From Utricularia gibba (lineage: Eukaryota; Plantae; Magnoliophyta): a stretch of 64,000 nt of DNA. Positions 51,700-64,000 of this stretch are shown here, piece by piece. Position numbers and translations under genes: made by a program. Within the stretch, counting starts at the first letter, position 1. Each line of letters begins with the position of its first letter. The stretch covers positions 5,394,001 through 5,458,000 of the forward strand of contig CM007989.1 in NCBI GenBank assembly GCA_002189035.1, given 5' to 3'. Under the pieces are notes generated by a model. The model saw only the letters and a list, made by a program, of their open reading frames with translations. It was not told where the DNA came from and searched no databases.

Positions 51700-52560
51700 A
51701 CACAGACTATACCCTTAATTTCATTGTTCTTGAGTGTATTTTGAAGATGGATCATGATGACTATGATACTTTTCATCCTTTTATGAAGAGATATGTGAAA
51801 TTCATAGTCAAATGATATTTATTACAAGAGTTTAAGAGTTCATTGAAGATGTAAGTCATTATTATAATCATTATTTAGTAATATAATTTGGTAGTTTTTT
51901 ATTGATCATTGTTGAAAATGTTAAATGCTGTGGATATTCAAGTTTATTAAGACTTGTGCGTTAAATTCTTTGTGTTCCTTATATTTTACAGCTTATTTGT
52001 TGAAAAGTTTGAGTTGCAAAAGAGGCAATGTGTTAATGTTAAGGAAGAAGCTGCTATCACTGAAAATGATTTGAATTAGAATGAGTAACTGAAGTTTAAG
52101 AGATTTTTTTCAACAAGAATGAATTATTATTCGTAATTATAATACATAAATCTATGAATAATTTTTCATTTGCCAACACAGTAACATCTGCTTGAATTTT
52201 AACAAGACATGAGTACAATTGTTCAAAAGAGTTATTCAATCATATTCCATTAAGATTACGTTCTTTTATTGAATGATCATTTAATATATGGAAAAAACAC
52301 TTTCATATCCTCATGCCTTGCAACATGAAATTAAGTGTGGTTGATTGTAGTAGCAATGACATTTCACAAATTTGTTCTTCAAGTTAGTGATGAGGATGAT
52401 GTATCTGATTTGAGTAATATAATGACTATAACCCATTACTTGAAATTGGAGATGATCCAATTGAACAACACGAAAAAATGTCCCAAAGTATCACAAAGAA
52501 TAGCATGAGATACTATTTGTAATTACTTATGGAATACTCATGAGGGAGGAAATTAATGCA
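51700..52560 (+). mobile_element. Very degenerate third Harbinger-like transposase relic
   Basis: Faint motifs KRQCVNVKEEAAI and a C-terminal RDxICNYLW-like tail. Confidence 0.3.
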
Positions 52561-52912
52561 ATAGATTTATGGTTATTATCGTATATTATTTTAATTAATC
52601 CAATATCCATTTAAAAATCAAAAATATTTTTCCCCAAATATTTACACATTCTTTTCAACTATTTAAGAACACCCTCAAATTTGTTTTCTTTTATAAAATA
52701 TTATCCTCGTACTTTTTAGTATCCCAAAAAAAAAAACACTCATAATTTTCACCGTGGTTTTTGACAGCGGTAGCATTAAATTCGGAAGGGGTTCTAAAAC
52801 AAACTTCACCTTAGCATATGGTGCTTCGTTGGATTTCACCCTTTCCCAGTTCCCACACCTCTGGCTGGCTGGTTGTGAGATTTTGAGTCCGAAATTCCTC
52901 GGCTATTTCGAG

Positions 52913-55343
52913 ATGAACAACAGCAGGAAGAAGTCATGGCTCCTACGTCGGATTCCTCTGCCGATTTTATTCATTATCGGGCTTTTCTTTGTTGTTGGAT
53001 TATTTGTGCTCAGTCTGAGCTCTGTTGATCCGGACCTCAAGTTCCTTGACAAGAACGAATCCTCGGAATTAATAGGGAAACATCACTTTTCTAGTTTTGG
53101 AACGGGAAACAAGTGCGCGACCGTTGAAGATATGGGCGAGATGTTCAGGAGAGGATATGTCGAGGAAACGATACGAGTTCGAGAAATCATTCATGCCCAC
53201 TTCGCCATGAATGGTGACATTTTCAAATCTTTGTTTTTTTTAGTTCGCTGATGAGTATTTCATGCGTAATTTGATGTTATGTATGTGGTGCTTGTGATGA
53301 TCAACACCGTTTTGTTCACTTTATGAATGCCTCTTTCGGTTCTACAGTATTGAATGTGAATCCTGTTATGAAATACTTGCTAACCCTCCCAATGTTATGC
53401 ACCTAATTTCAGGTGTCGCAAGGGTACGAGAATTTACTCCACAGCAATTTTGCAGCCATGGCTTTGTATTGGGCAAAGCTTCAGAAGCTGGATTGGGTAA
53501 TGAACTGTATAAAATATTGACTGCTGCTGCCCTCAGCGTGATGCTGAACCGATCATTGATAATTGGGCAAACCAGGCATATTGGTTCTTTCTCCAGCCTC
53601 CCTGTTTTTATTGATTATTTGGTTTTTCTTTGCTTGGACTCTTGATTTTTTATCTGCTTTGTTAGTACTCTACGTATACCAAATTTATGGTCTATGAGTG
53701 TCAAAATTATGGGTTGTTGCTGTCGTAATATCTTGGACTTCAGTGAGTTGTTGAAGGCTCTTTAGCTTGCTAGGGAAACTCCAACTTGCGTCGAGATGAT
53801 TTCGTAATAGGTTTTCTTTCTGTTGTTTTGGCTTATAATACAGTGCATGACTGAATTTCTAAAATTCCAGGAATGCTTATCCGTTTGCTGAGTATGTATC
53901 GTATTCCAACTTCTCCTTTACTCTAAAAGAAGTTAAGCATTTGTGGAGAAAGAATGGCTGCCTCACAAAGTATGGTAAGCATTTGATCATGAGAATTGAT
54001 GACTTTCAGAAGCCGAGGCAAACAGATGTCCTCTGTGGCAACTGGAGAAATTGGGAGGAACCTATTGTCTGGTACGACAGAAAAACATCATACAAGCTTC
54101 TGTTTTAAAGATGGTTGTAGGATTACTTAGTCTCTTTTTATCAGGTTTCAGAATACCACAGATGCTGTAGCTGCACAATTTTTCTTAAAGAACGTGCATC
54201 ATGAAATGAGGGATGCTGCATCGGGTCTGTTTGGGAGACCTGAAGATCTTCATTACAGGGCTAACGTTTTTGGTGAGCTCATGAAGATTCTGATCTCTCC
54301 TTCAAAAGAAGTTGAGAGCGCAGTAAGGTGGGTCCTCAATGGCAAGGAGGATCCCGATATTACTCTGCATATGCGAATGATGATGAATAGGTACTGCCTT
54401 TTCCTTTTTGCTGGACTTAAAACTTGTGCAGCCACTACGAGGGAGTTTTCTCTTGATATGCACACTCCTTACAGGTCTCCAAGTGCTAGGGACGCAGCTG
54501 TCAATTGTTTAAGAAGGGCCATTCGTAATCTTCAGTTGCCATCGAAACCTAGGGTGGTTTTGGTTTCGGATATGCCTTCTTTACTGAAAGAAATTGCCCA
54601 TAGCTTAGCTGAAAGTGCTGAGGCAAGTCTTGTTTTTCAATGTTTAGAAATCACTTGAATGTTCTCGGTTTTGGGCACGCTGCTGGATAGAACCTTTTGC
54701 AGGTTCTCTACTTCGATTACGAAAACTACGACGGAAGCATAGCCGGCAACGCAAACAAATCAAACAGCTTAGGCTTCAGGGTGAAAGACTGGGGTCCGGC
54801 ACCCAGATGGGTGGCCTTCGTCGATTTCTTTCTTGCATCCCGTGCAAGACACACCGTCATATCTGGAGCTCACCGGCGCGTCGGAACAACATACGTTCAA
54901 CTGATAGCAGCACTTGCAGCAGCCTACAGGCTTGGTAACGCCCATAAACTTCACCCTCTCAAAAATACTGGTTTGTAACTGTTTCCAAGATTGTGCATTC
55001 TGTCAACACAGATGAAAGCTTACCCAGCAGCATTGCGTTCCTCAGTAGCTTTCACAGCAGCTTGCTCTCAGAGGGCCTGAGCAATCAGATTGGATGGGGA
55101 CATGCATGGAACCGATTCGCCGGTCCTTTAAGCTGTCACGGCCAACCTAATCAGTGCGCCGTCACCCCTCTTCTTCCTCCAGCCTGGTGGGATGGCATCT
55201 GGCAATCACCGATTCCTCGGGACGTCCGAAAAATGGAAGCGTATGGCGTCAAACTCCAGGGATTCGGCTCCTTCGATGGTACCCATTTGAGTGACTTCTG
55301 TAGGTCAACCAAACGCAAGGTCGCTACAGTCCAGTTCATTTAG
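52913..55343 (+). CDS. At3g26950-like conserved plant protein (type II membrane anchor, putative fucosyltransferase-like fold), about 540 aa, intact
   Basis: Exons 52913-53213, 53413-53575, 53871-54071, 54145-54390, 54475-54622, 54703-54934, 55012-55343 total 1623 nt in frame. Motifs CATVEDMG, EAGLGNELYKILTAAALS, DWGPAPRWVAFVDFFLA, WWDGIWQSPIPRD. Confidence 0.92.
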
Positions 55344-56929
55344 GAATTAGGATTCCCCTACCACATTATTGCATCAGTAAATGAGTTAATAATGATTTGG
55401 CTATATTTTCAATTTCTCAATTTGACTGAAATTCTTTATATAATTGTGCAAAATTATTATTAAAATAATTTCACAATTATTTTCAATTTTTTAGAAAATT
55501 TGCTGCTATCATATTATTTTTTACACATTCAGCCAAAAAAATATGTATAGAATGATTATTTTTTTATATAATATTTAACACATAATTAAATTTCTGATTC
55601 ATCCCCTTCTTGAGCCAGCTAATATAATTATTATGCAAATCAAGTCCTTGATTAGGGTTTGTGACTCGTGCCAAGAGTCTCAATCTTTAGTGTAAATTTG
55701 CATATCCTCTAAAAATTCATTTCTTCGTGTGAATTTTCGATTGAGTTACTCTTGTGAAAAGATATGATATCATGATTAAAAAAATGATATTCATATGAGA
55801 TAAGAATTCATTAGAAACTTGAAATTGGAGGTGGTAACCTCTATAAAAGGATTACAAAATGCTTTTATTATCAAATAAAGTTTTAATGAAATTCAACTAT
55901 TCATAATATTATATTGTTTCCTTATCTTTTTTTTCTGTTCTCCGTCTTTTCTTCCTTTTTCTCTTTTTGGTGTGTATGCCATTGCAAATTCTACCGACTA
56001 ATAGAATTTCTACCAAAATATACAAGACATTTTATTTTTTATGTTATTTTTCATGTAAATAAGGTTTATTTCAATGTTTTCTGAATTTTTTTGACTTGTT
56101 CCAACAAATAGGGTTTCCTCATTATACTTGTAACTATTTGATTTGTTATTGATTTTTTTTAGTTATTATAAATTACTATCAACTTCTTTAAATTAAATTA
56201 CTAGCATTCTTGCTACATTTTTTGTAAATGTGTCTACATCAATAGTACTTTTTATTTTCTATTAATTTCATAATGACTATCTTTTTTATTTTTCCAAGAC
56301 CATCAATCTTTTTTTAGATGACTAACATTTTTTTTTCATGTTTTCATGTTCTATATTTACATTTGTAATATATTTTTCCAAGACCATCATAACACATGAC
56401 CATTGAAAACAAATTTAGATAAAGATAAATGATGGCGAAAAATTTTATAATATCAAATAAGAAATATGATGAACAAATTTCAGACCAACTATCTAAGTGT
56501 ATTGACTATTGTGTTTTGTAGTGAACATTGTATATTTTGATTGTAAGTTTAGATTACCAATTCAACCATTTGTGAAGATCATGCTTTCTTTGCTATGTGT
56601 TTATCATCTCATCTAATATCACCTTCCATCATTCCCATTGTCGCATTTGTGAAGTTAAGTGAAGATGACAGATTTACAGATAATGTTATTGCACTATTTG
56701 GCATCCCAAAGTATTATAGAGTTGCTTAGACAAATCAATTCAAAATATCATCAAAGTTTGGAGCTAAGTGCAAGTTTATATTATATTTTTAATGTTATTT
56801 ATATGTTTAAATATGAATAAAGTTACCCAATTAGAACTCTTGAATAGGATTACAGTTCTTTCATATTAACATCATAGATAGTGGATATGTCTATAATGTT
56901 GTTTTATGCATTTATTCTATTTCAATTCA

Positions 56930-57065
56930 ACCACTAGAAATTCTGGAGTGGAAGTTTGATCATGTTGTCATAGATTTCACAAGAGGATTCCAAAAACTTT
57001 TAAGAAACACAATAGAATATGGATAATTGTAGATAGGTTAACCAAGGTTGCCCACGTCTTGGTGA
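56930..57065 (+). mobile_element. Gypsy (Tekay/Del-like) integrase fragment
   Basis: Relic PLEILEWKFDHVVIDF...IWIIVDRLTKVAHV. Confidence 0.65.
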
Positions 57066-58194
57066 TATGAGAGTTAAGAATCTTTTAAGTCCTAATATTG
57101 GTTATGACTTACCAATCATAGTTCATATCTTTTAGACTCTCTACATGGATTATGATAGATATTTAATAAAACAGTATAACCAATTATATTTTCATTTATA
57201 TATGATTATGAATGAAGGAGATGAAACTTAGGGAAAGGGATCAGATTTGGAAAACTACCTCTCTTAAAAAAAAAGTTTTTTTTATGTTAAGGACTTTAAT
57301 TTTATTTCTATTCTTATATTTACCTCAATTCTAATAAATTTCACGAAAATCATCATTCGTGAGTAGTTTTATCTTGATATTCGGGGTTCGCCACTTTGCA
57401 ACAAGGATACTATTGTATCTTTTATCATTTTCTAATTGCACATATTTACAAATTAAGACTACTCAAAGTTGATTCAATAAGGCAAGATTTTTATCAGCAT
57501 CATGGATGCAATTTATTTTGAAGACTAAAAATATAGGTAGGAATGATTATCAGAAATCAATATACACATTTTATCATAAAACATTAATCCATAAAATGCT
57601 AACCCCATTAGCCACACGTTTAAGACGGGTTATCCCCATCCAATTATTTATGATCATCCCTACAACCCAATTTGATATATATATTTATTATTATTATTTT
57701 TCTAGTGGAAATGACTGTTCAACTAATTCTCTAAATGAGCTCTGCCTGCACAACCATCCACAAGGATGGCACCCCATCACGTCATCATTATTTTGGTATC
57801 ATATATTATTTTGATGCTTGTTCTAACTCTATAATCTAGCTTTAATTATGATTAATTATGCATGAAAATGCTAAAGAACAATTACGCGAGTGTGATCAAC
57901 AAAACAATTTTAGTGAATTCGATCATATTTAACTAAACACAAGAGATAAATAATGTATTAATTAATGATTCAACTCGATTTTCCCTAATGGAATTAAGGC
58001 GATTTAATTATGTTTACGCTACTTTAAAAATGATTAATATGCCTTTATAATCCCCCAAAGTCCCTTGGCGTTCCGGAAGGTTTCTTCTTACATGCCTATT
58101 CTGTGCTCAATCGGCGCTGCCTCGTGTTCCTTATGCCTCTGAGAATCGTCAACTAGCGCGCATTCCCTTTTCTGGGCTGTGGCAAACGATACAG

Positions 58195-59410
58195 ATGTCG
58201 GAGGAGGATTTCATTGAACTCAAGTTCAGATTATTCGATGGTTCGGATATGGGCCCTTTTCGATATTCGCCGGCATCCACAGTCTCGATGCTCAAAGAGA
58301 GAATTTTTTCCGAGTGGCCAAAGGGTTGCGTTGCTAAGGAGCTTCTGTTTTTACTATCTGTGCATCATTTGAAACTTTTTTTAATCAGAAATTTAATATG
58401 TGATTCAGAATCACTGTGTAGTTATCGGTTGTTGTTTATGCTGCATTTTTTGGTTCATGTGCTTCATTATTTTGTCTGGGAACTTTATGAGAACAAATCA
58501 TCATACCTGGTGATGTTGTATGCGTGTTGGTGCTCATGAAAATAAATAGGAGACGTAGTTGTTAGGGTTTCGTTCTTTTTTGTGGATGAATGTCTCTGGA
58601 AAGTGTGCTTGCTCGTTTGATGAAGGTCTATTACAGTGCGACTGTTGGCTATGCTTCTTTTAAGTTGTTGCAGTTCCTTTGTTTGGATATTTATTCATTC
58701 CATTCTCAGAGGTGAGTGAACTGCTTGTATTTCAGATAAGAAATTTGCTCCAAAGTCTGCAAACGATTTGAAGTTAATAAGCGCAGGGAAAATCCTAGAA
58801 AATAACAAGACAGTGGCTCAGTGCAGGATGTCTTTCGGAGAGGTACAGAAAGGGCTCATTACCATGCACGCTGTTGTGCAGCCATCTTCAGCAAAACCAA
58901 AAACAGGTACCTTTTTCTAACTGCAATGAATTCTTTGGTTCAGATGTACGTGTGTTTGATATCTGACGGTAAGATATATGATTGTCAAGTAAAAAGTATG
59001 AATAGAGATTAGTTTCTGTGTGGCTTGGTGCATTCTTGGGGGAGTATTTCATCCATCACGATATTGTGAGGTCCAAATGTAAAAAATTTCATTCCATCGC
59101 CTTCTCACTTTTGTCCTTGGAGATGTTGCATCATTTTTCATTGACTTGTTGTCATCGTCCTTTCTTTAGGGTGCTTTAGATATGAGTATTTGCACAGGAT
59201 TTTGCTTAAGATGTATTTGGAGTTCTCTTACTTACATGTTGAAATGCTGCTTCACAATGGAGGAGCAGTTTGAAGTTTCTTAGCAGCTTCATCACCTAGC
59301 TGGAATATATCTGCCATGGAGATATTTTTTGAATTTCCATGTTCATGTATGCAGAGAAGAAAATCGATGAGACCCCCAAGAAAAGCATGTGCGCATGCTC
59401 CATATTGTAA
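58195..59410 (+). CDS. MUB: Membrane-anchored ubiquitin-fold protein, 118 aa, intact
   Basis: Exons 58195-58324, 58736-58906, 59355-59410 total 357 nt. IELKFRLFDGSDMGP, LKLISAGKILEN, and a C-terminal CACSIL CaaX box. Confidence 0.94.
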
Positions 59411-61416
59411 GGCATATAAAGTTTGAAGTCTCTTTGAGTAGTAGCTGCCCTTGGAATTCACATCTTGCAAGGGAAAAAGGTATCCTTTGAAAACCTGCAG
59501 AGGAAAGTCAATTGTGAAACTGTAGCATACAGTGTTTTGCACAACGTTTGGGGTTCCTGTATGATGCATGTTACCTGCACTCTTCTTCATAGAACACAAG
59601 TTTATTGGGCTCTCCTTCCCACACGAGATTTTGGTGTGGTGAGATATATTGGTGTCGTGTGTAGTCGATTTTATACATTCATCGAGACTTGTGAATTCCT
59701 TGTTGAATTATCCTGAGTGAGCCCTGGAAATCTGTAACTGTACTACGTGGGATGGCCTGCAGACTGCACATCACATCGAGGTGTATTGAGTTCGTCTCCA
59801 GAAAATGACAGTCCCCGCCTGTTCTTTCTGTTTGTGTTTGCATCTGAGTTTTACTACTGAGGTTTTGTGTAAAAACCTGGGTTAATTTGAGAGATATTCG
59901 TCTCTCCACTTAAATTTGAGAGATGACATCTTTCAAAAATCATTTAAAATCTAAAAATAACATAAGTATTTGTTGTAATTTAGTATAAAATGTGGCTCGG
60001 AATTGATAAAAAAATCTAAAATAAATTTTTGAAATTTAGAAAAACGTATTATATAACAAAAAACAATATATGTAATGAGGACGAATTTTATACCTTAATA
60101 GAAACTATATTTGTTGGTGAAATTTGTAGAAATACCCAGACAAAAATTAAGACAAAGAAGTACTTTTATAACAAAATGAAAAGAAAAATAAGATGAAGGG
60201 GACCGAAGAAGAGGAATGGGATGAAGGGGAGAAAGAAAGGAGAGGTAGGTAGAAAATTTAATATGGGTAAATATGTTTCATTAATTTTTTTTAAATTCAA
60301 ATATTTATGTAAGAAAATGATCATTTATATCATCATCAATTTAATTAATACTAAATAATTTCTTTTAGATTGTACTTGTTATACTAATTATTATAATATA
60401 GTATTACAAGTTTAATTTTAAAAAAAATAATGAATATTATATCTATGTACATCACTGATCATAAATATTGATTGTAACTTATAAGTAATGTTCAAACTAT
60501 CTTGTACATCACTTGTTACATAGGGGTGACACTCAAAGTTACTTGGGCTCGAATAGTCCTACACACTGCTTATGACATATAAGAAACATCCAAAGTGCTT
60601 TGGATGTAGTTTGTGTTATATAAGTAGTGTCCAAATCATTCTGAATGTTGTTTATTATATATAAACATTGTCCAGAGCAATTTAGATATTATTTAATACT
60701 TATAATAAGCATCTATTTTAAACATTATTGATAATTTTAAATGATTTTAAATTAAAAATAGATATGTGCTATCTATTGGTGGTAGTTTTGATATTAGTTT
60801 ATAATATTACTCCAAAATAATGAATTAATTCTTGCTAGACATATAGATTTACAATGTTCATTTTTTATGTCTAAAGAAAAACTCTTCATCCTATTAAATC
60901 TAGATTTTTTACCTAATTTGATTGGTATGATAGAGAAATTGATCTCATAATTAGCATAGTTTCATTGTGTCACTAGGCAATATATCAATGATCTCAACCA
61001 CACATCTATCTGATCTAGGTTTTGTTGAAATGATATGTAAAATGATACATGATATGTTGAGAGTGGATATTCTTGATCATTCTATTTGGATATTCTGATC
61101 ACATCGACTTTGGTTCATGTAGATTTTTTACATTTGGTAATCCATTGGCATTACAAATATAGTTGATCAAGGTCTATCAATGCGTACTTTCTTTTTGCGA
61201 GCATGGTTATGCACTAATGAAAATGGTGTTTGTGCCCATCTATCCACAAATTCAAAGAGTTGAATTTTATTCTTGTAGATTTTAGTTTACTAATCAAGAT
61301 ATAACATCGGATTGATGACATCTTTTTTATTAATGTTAACCATTTGATATGCCTATATGTATTAAATTATATATAAAAAAGATATAAAGGTAAAGATGCA
61401 TAAATATATATGTAAT

Positions 61417-61974
61417 TAGGGATGTTATAATGAACAAACAACTCGTGTTTGAATTATGTTCGACATAATTAAAATTATTTATTTTCTTTGAATAGTATAA
61501 ATAAATGAACACAAACAAAATCTATATTCAATTACTTTATTGAACGAACACAAATGAGATTAATGTTTGATTATAATATATAATATTATATTAAATTATG
61601 TATTTAAATTGATATAAAATATATTGTATTAATTAATATACAAACATACTATAATTATTACTATAATATATATAATATTAGAAATTATTTTTTGTGTTAA
61701 TTGTTAAATTGTAAATGATTTTTGATCATTTTTATTGATTAAAATATATGAAATACTAATTTATTTATATTTATGTTAAAATATAGATATATTATATTTG
61801 TTTATGAATGTTCGTGAATAATTATGAACTTTAAATAAATGAACATAAATAAAAAATTTTATTTGATTAACTTAAATAAACGAATATGAACAAATTTTTT
61901 GAAGATAAAGTTAAACAAACGGACACAAACATAGGTGTTCGTATTCGTTCTTTCGATCGAAATAACATTACGTA
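61417..61974. mobile_element. hAT-like MITE
   Basis: Starts TAGGGATGTT, has a decayed right terminus and GAAC/GTTC subterminal repeats, and is flanked by a near-identical 8-mer (TATGTAAT/AATGTAAT region, 7/8). Confidence 0.45.
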
Positions 61975-63223
61975 ATGTAATGAAAATAGTTGATCATATA
62001 TATTGATATTCCAAAATTTTGTCACTTTCTATATTCGTATATGTCTTGATCAATGATACTAATGAAGTTATTTTGTTTATTATTTTCTTGTGAGCAATAA
62101 CCAAAACATTCATTTATGCATGATCAACTACATTTATTAATACATGAAGTATTGATTTATCCATAATATGCATATAGCTTGTGCAATTGATCAACAAAAA
62201 TAATGTGTCGCCAACATGAGTCAAGTGTTGTTTTATATCTTTCAGAGAAATAATGTTCATATCGAGCAAACGTCACTTATTTATATAAACAACAAACTAA
62301 CATTTGGAGTGTTTTGTATTACTTATAAATTATTATAATTGCTTATAAGTTGCTTGTAATTTATATTAATGTTTTGTTTATATTTATAAGTGATTTTAAA
62401 GTAATACTTTTAATTTACTTATAAATTAAGTTTATAATATAAAAAACATAGTTATTTTTTCTTATAAATTAAGTTACTAATAAGTTAAATTTATCAAATC
62501 AAACACTATGTATTTATAATTGATTTATTAGTTCAAAATTTAAAAGTCAATAATAATAAAAATCATGCAAAACACTTTTATTAGTAAGTATAATTTTTTA
62601 TATTTTTTTTAATTTAGTGTTACATTTACTGAAAAAATTCTTTATCTTATCAATCCTTGAAAAGAGAATTCCATATCATAATCAACTTTATTCTATAGTA
62701 TAACATTTCATTTCCACATCATCATTTCTTATTTATTTTTGCACGAAAATTCATATAAATACATACTTTTCTAAAAAGATATATATATTTAATCATATTT
62801 ATATTGAAAAATTTAAATATAAATATTACAATATAATTATATTACATTATTTATATTAATTAACAAATTAAAACATAAACAATTAAATACATACAAAAAT
62901 TATACAATAAAATATTTAATAAATGCATAAAAAATATTATTTGAATTAAAATCCCAAAGTCTCTAAACACATTCTTGAAAATATCTAAAATTGAAATTAA
63001 TCAACTCTTGATCTTCTCTTCGAATGTATATAAGTTAAGTTGCTTGAAAATGATGTTGATCTAGCACGATCTTTGGTATTCACTTTTCATGCTCGATTGT
63101 GAACAAGATCAAAATGGAGATGCACCCCATTGACTTTCAAAAATTGGTGGATTAAATTGCCTTTTGTATATTTTCGCAAGGATCTTCACTTGATAATATT
63201 TTGAAATATAAGAAATTGTATCT

Positions 63224-64000
63224 TTATTGAATTCCTTGTACACCTAAGAGAGGAATAAAGTTAACAACCGTTATGATATTATAAATAACGTGATACATCA
63301 AAAGATAATTCTTACATGAATAACATGTGAATATGAAATAGCTTTTTACTGCCACATTCCACAAGTACATGTCAAATCTGTCAAATAAACAATATAGTAA
63401 TCCTTGTTTTTTTCTAGAACTTCTGCTCCAAGACATCATAGTGGCACTCATTTTCTCTGCATTGTATTTCTTAATCATGTAGTTGGTTGATTTGTCATCA
63501 CATCTCCTATACACAAATAACGAATATGAAGTAAATAATTGACCCATTTCTATGAGTAAATCCATCTTCGCTTTACTATTTATGAAAATCTTAACACATC
63601 ACTCGAAAGCGGCCTCAACAAGAGCTTTTGGAGGTAATCTTCGTGTCCCATGTAAAACACTGTTTAATGATTTAGAAATACTTGTGATATGCACACTACA
63701 TCTGTAAAAATAAGAAATATAATGTTAACATATTAATAATATGAATAAAATTATTTCATTTCAAGTTATTTAATGCCATCATCATATGATAATGTCATTA
63801 GAATGCTGCCTCATTCTTATTTCTGATTTTCTGCATAACTGTCTGAAACTTTTCTGTTTTTGAACTCAAGGCAGCTTCCCAAAATAAATTAACCAAGAGT
63901 TTCGACCTGAAATGAGATATGAAATTCGCAAGTAGATGTTACATACAAAATCTATAATCTCCCATACGCTCATTGAAAGCATGTATATCCTTAATCGTAG
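63224..64000 (-). mobile_element. MULE transposase remnant running off the window end
   Basis: YRFCM*HLLANF...LFWEAA and SISKSLNSVLHGTRRLPPKALVEAAF, resembling the MuDR/SWIM post-DDE segments. Confidence 0.65.

Overview
Plant (probably eudicot) nuclear DNA: seven host genes in TE-rich sequence. 1-6902 is a dead Tat/Retand-type Ty3/Gypsy element (minus strand) with its 5' LTR and tRNA-Lys PBS. 8-19.5 kb holds an intact class II DAHP synthase, a half-size ABCG transporter (1-nt frameshift as written), a head-to-head cytosolic pyruvate kinase with no in-frame ATG, and an HD-Zip I gene disabled by a nonsense codon plus a solo LTR. 20.3-27.7 kb is a TIR/TSD-bounded PIF/Harbinger element. Nested in it is a 3.6-kb CACTA-like insert with two foldbacks built from a 62-bp unit, a 146-bp hairpin tandem repeat and a spliced chimeric ORF (gypsy-type Transposase_28-like domain joined to an FCP1/HAD fragment); this is the most unusual structure here. 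29-52 kb contains nested solo LTRs, Athila, hAT, MULE/Ulp1 and Harbinger remnants and an RPRD1/CID gene (frameshifted as written). 52.9-59.4 kb has an intact At3g26950-like gene with two GC-AG introns and an intact MUB gene. Seven solo LTRs have readable TSDs. All splice models and family calls were made by eye with no database search; frameshifts in homopolymer runs may be assembly errors.
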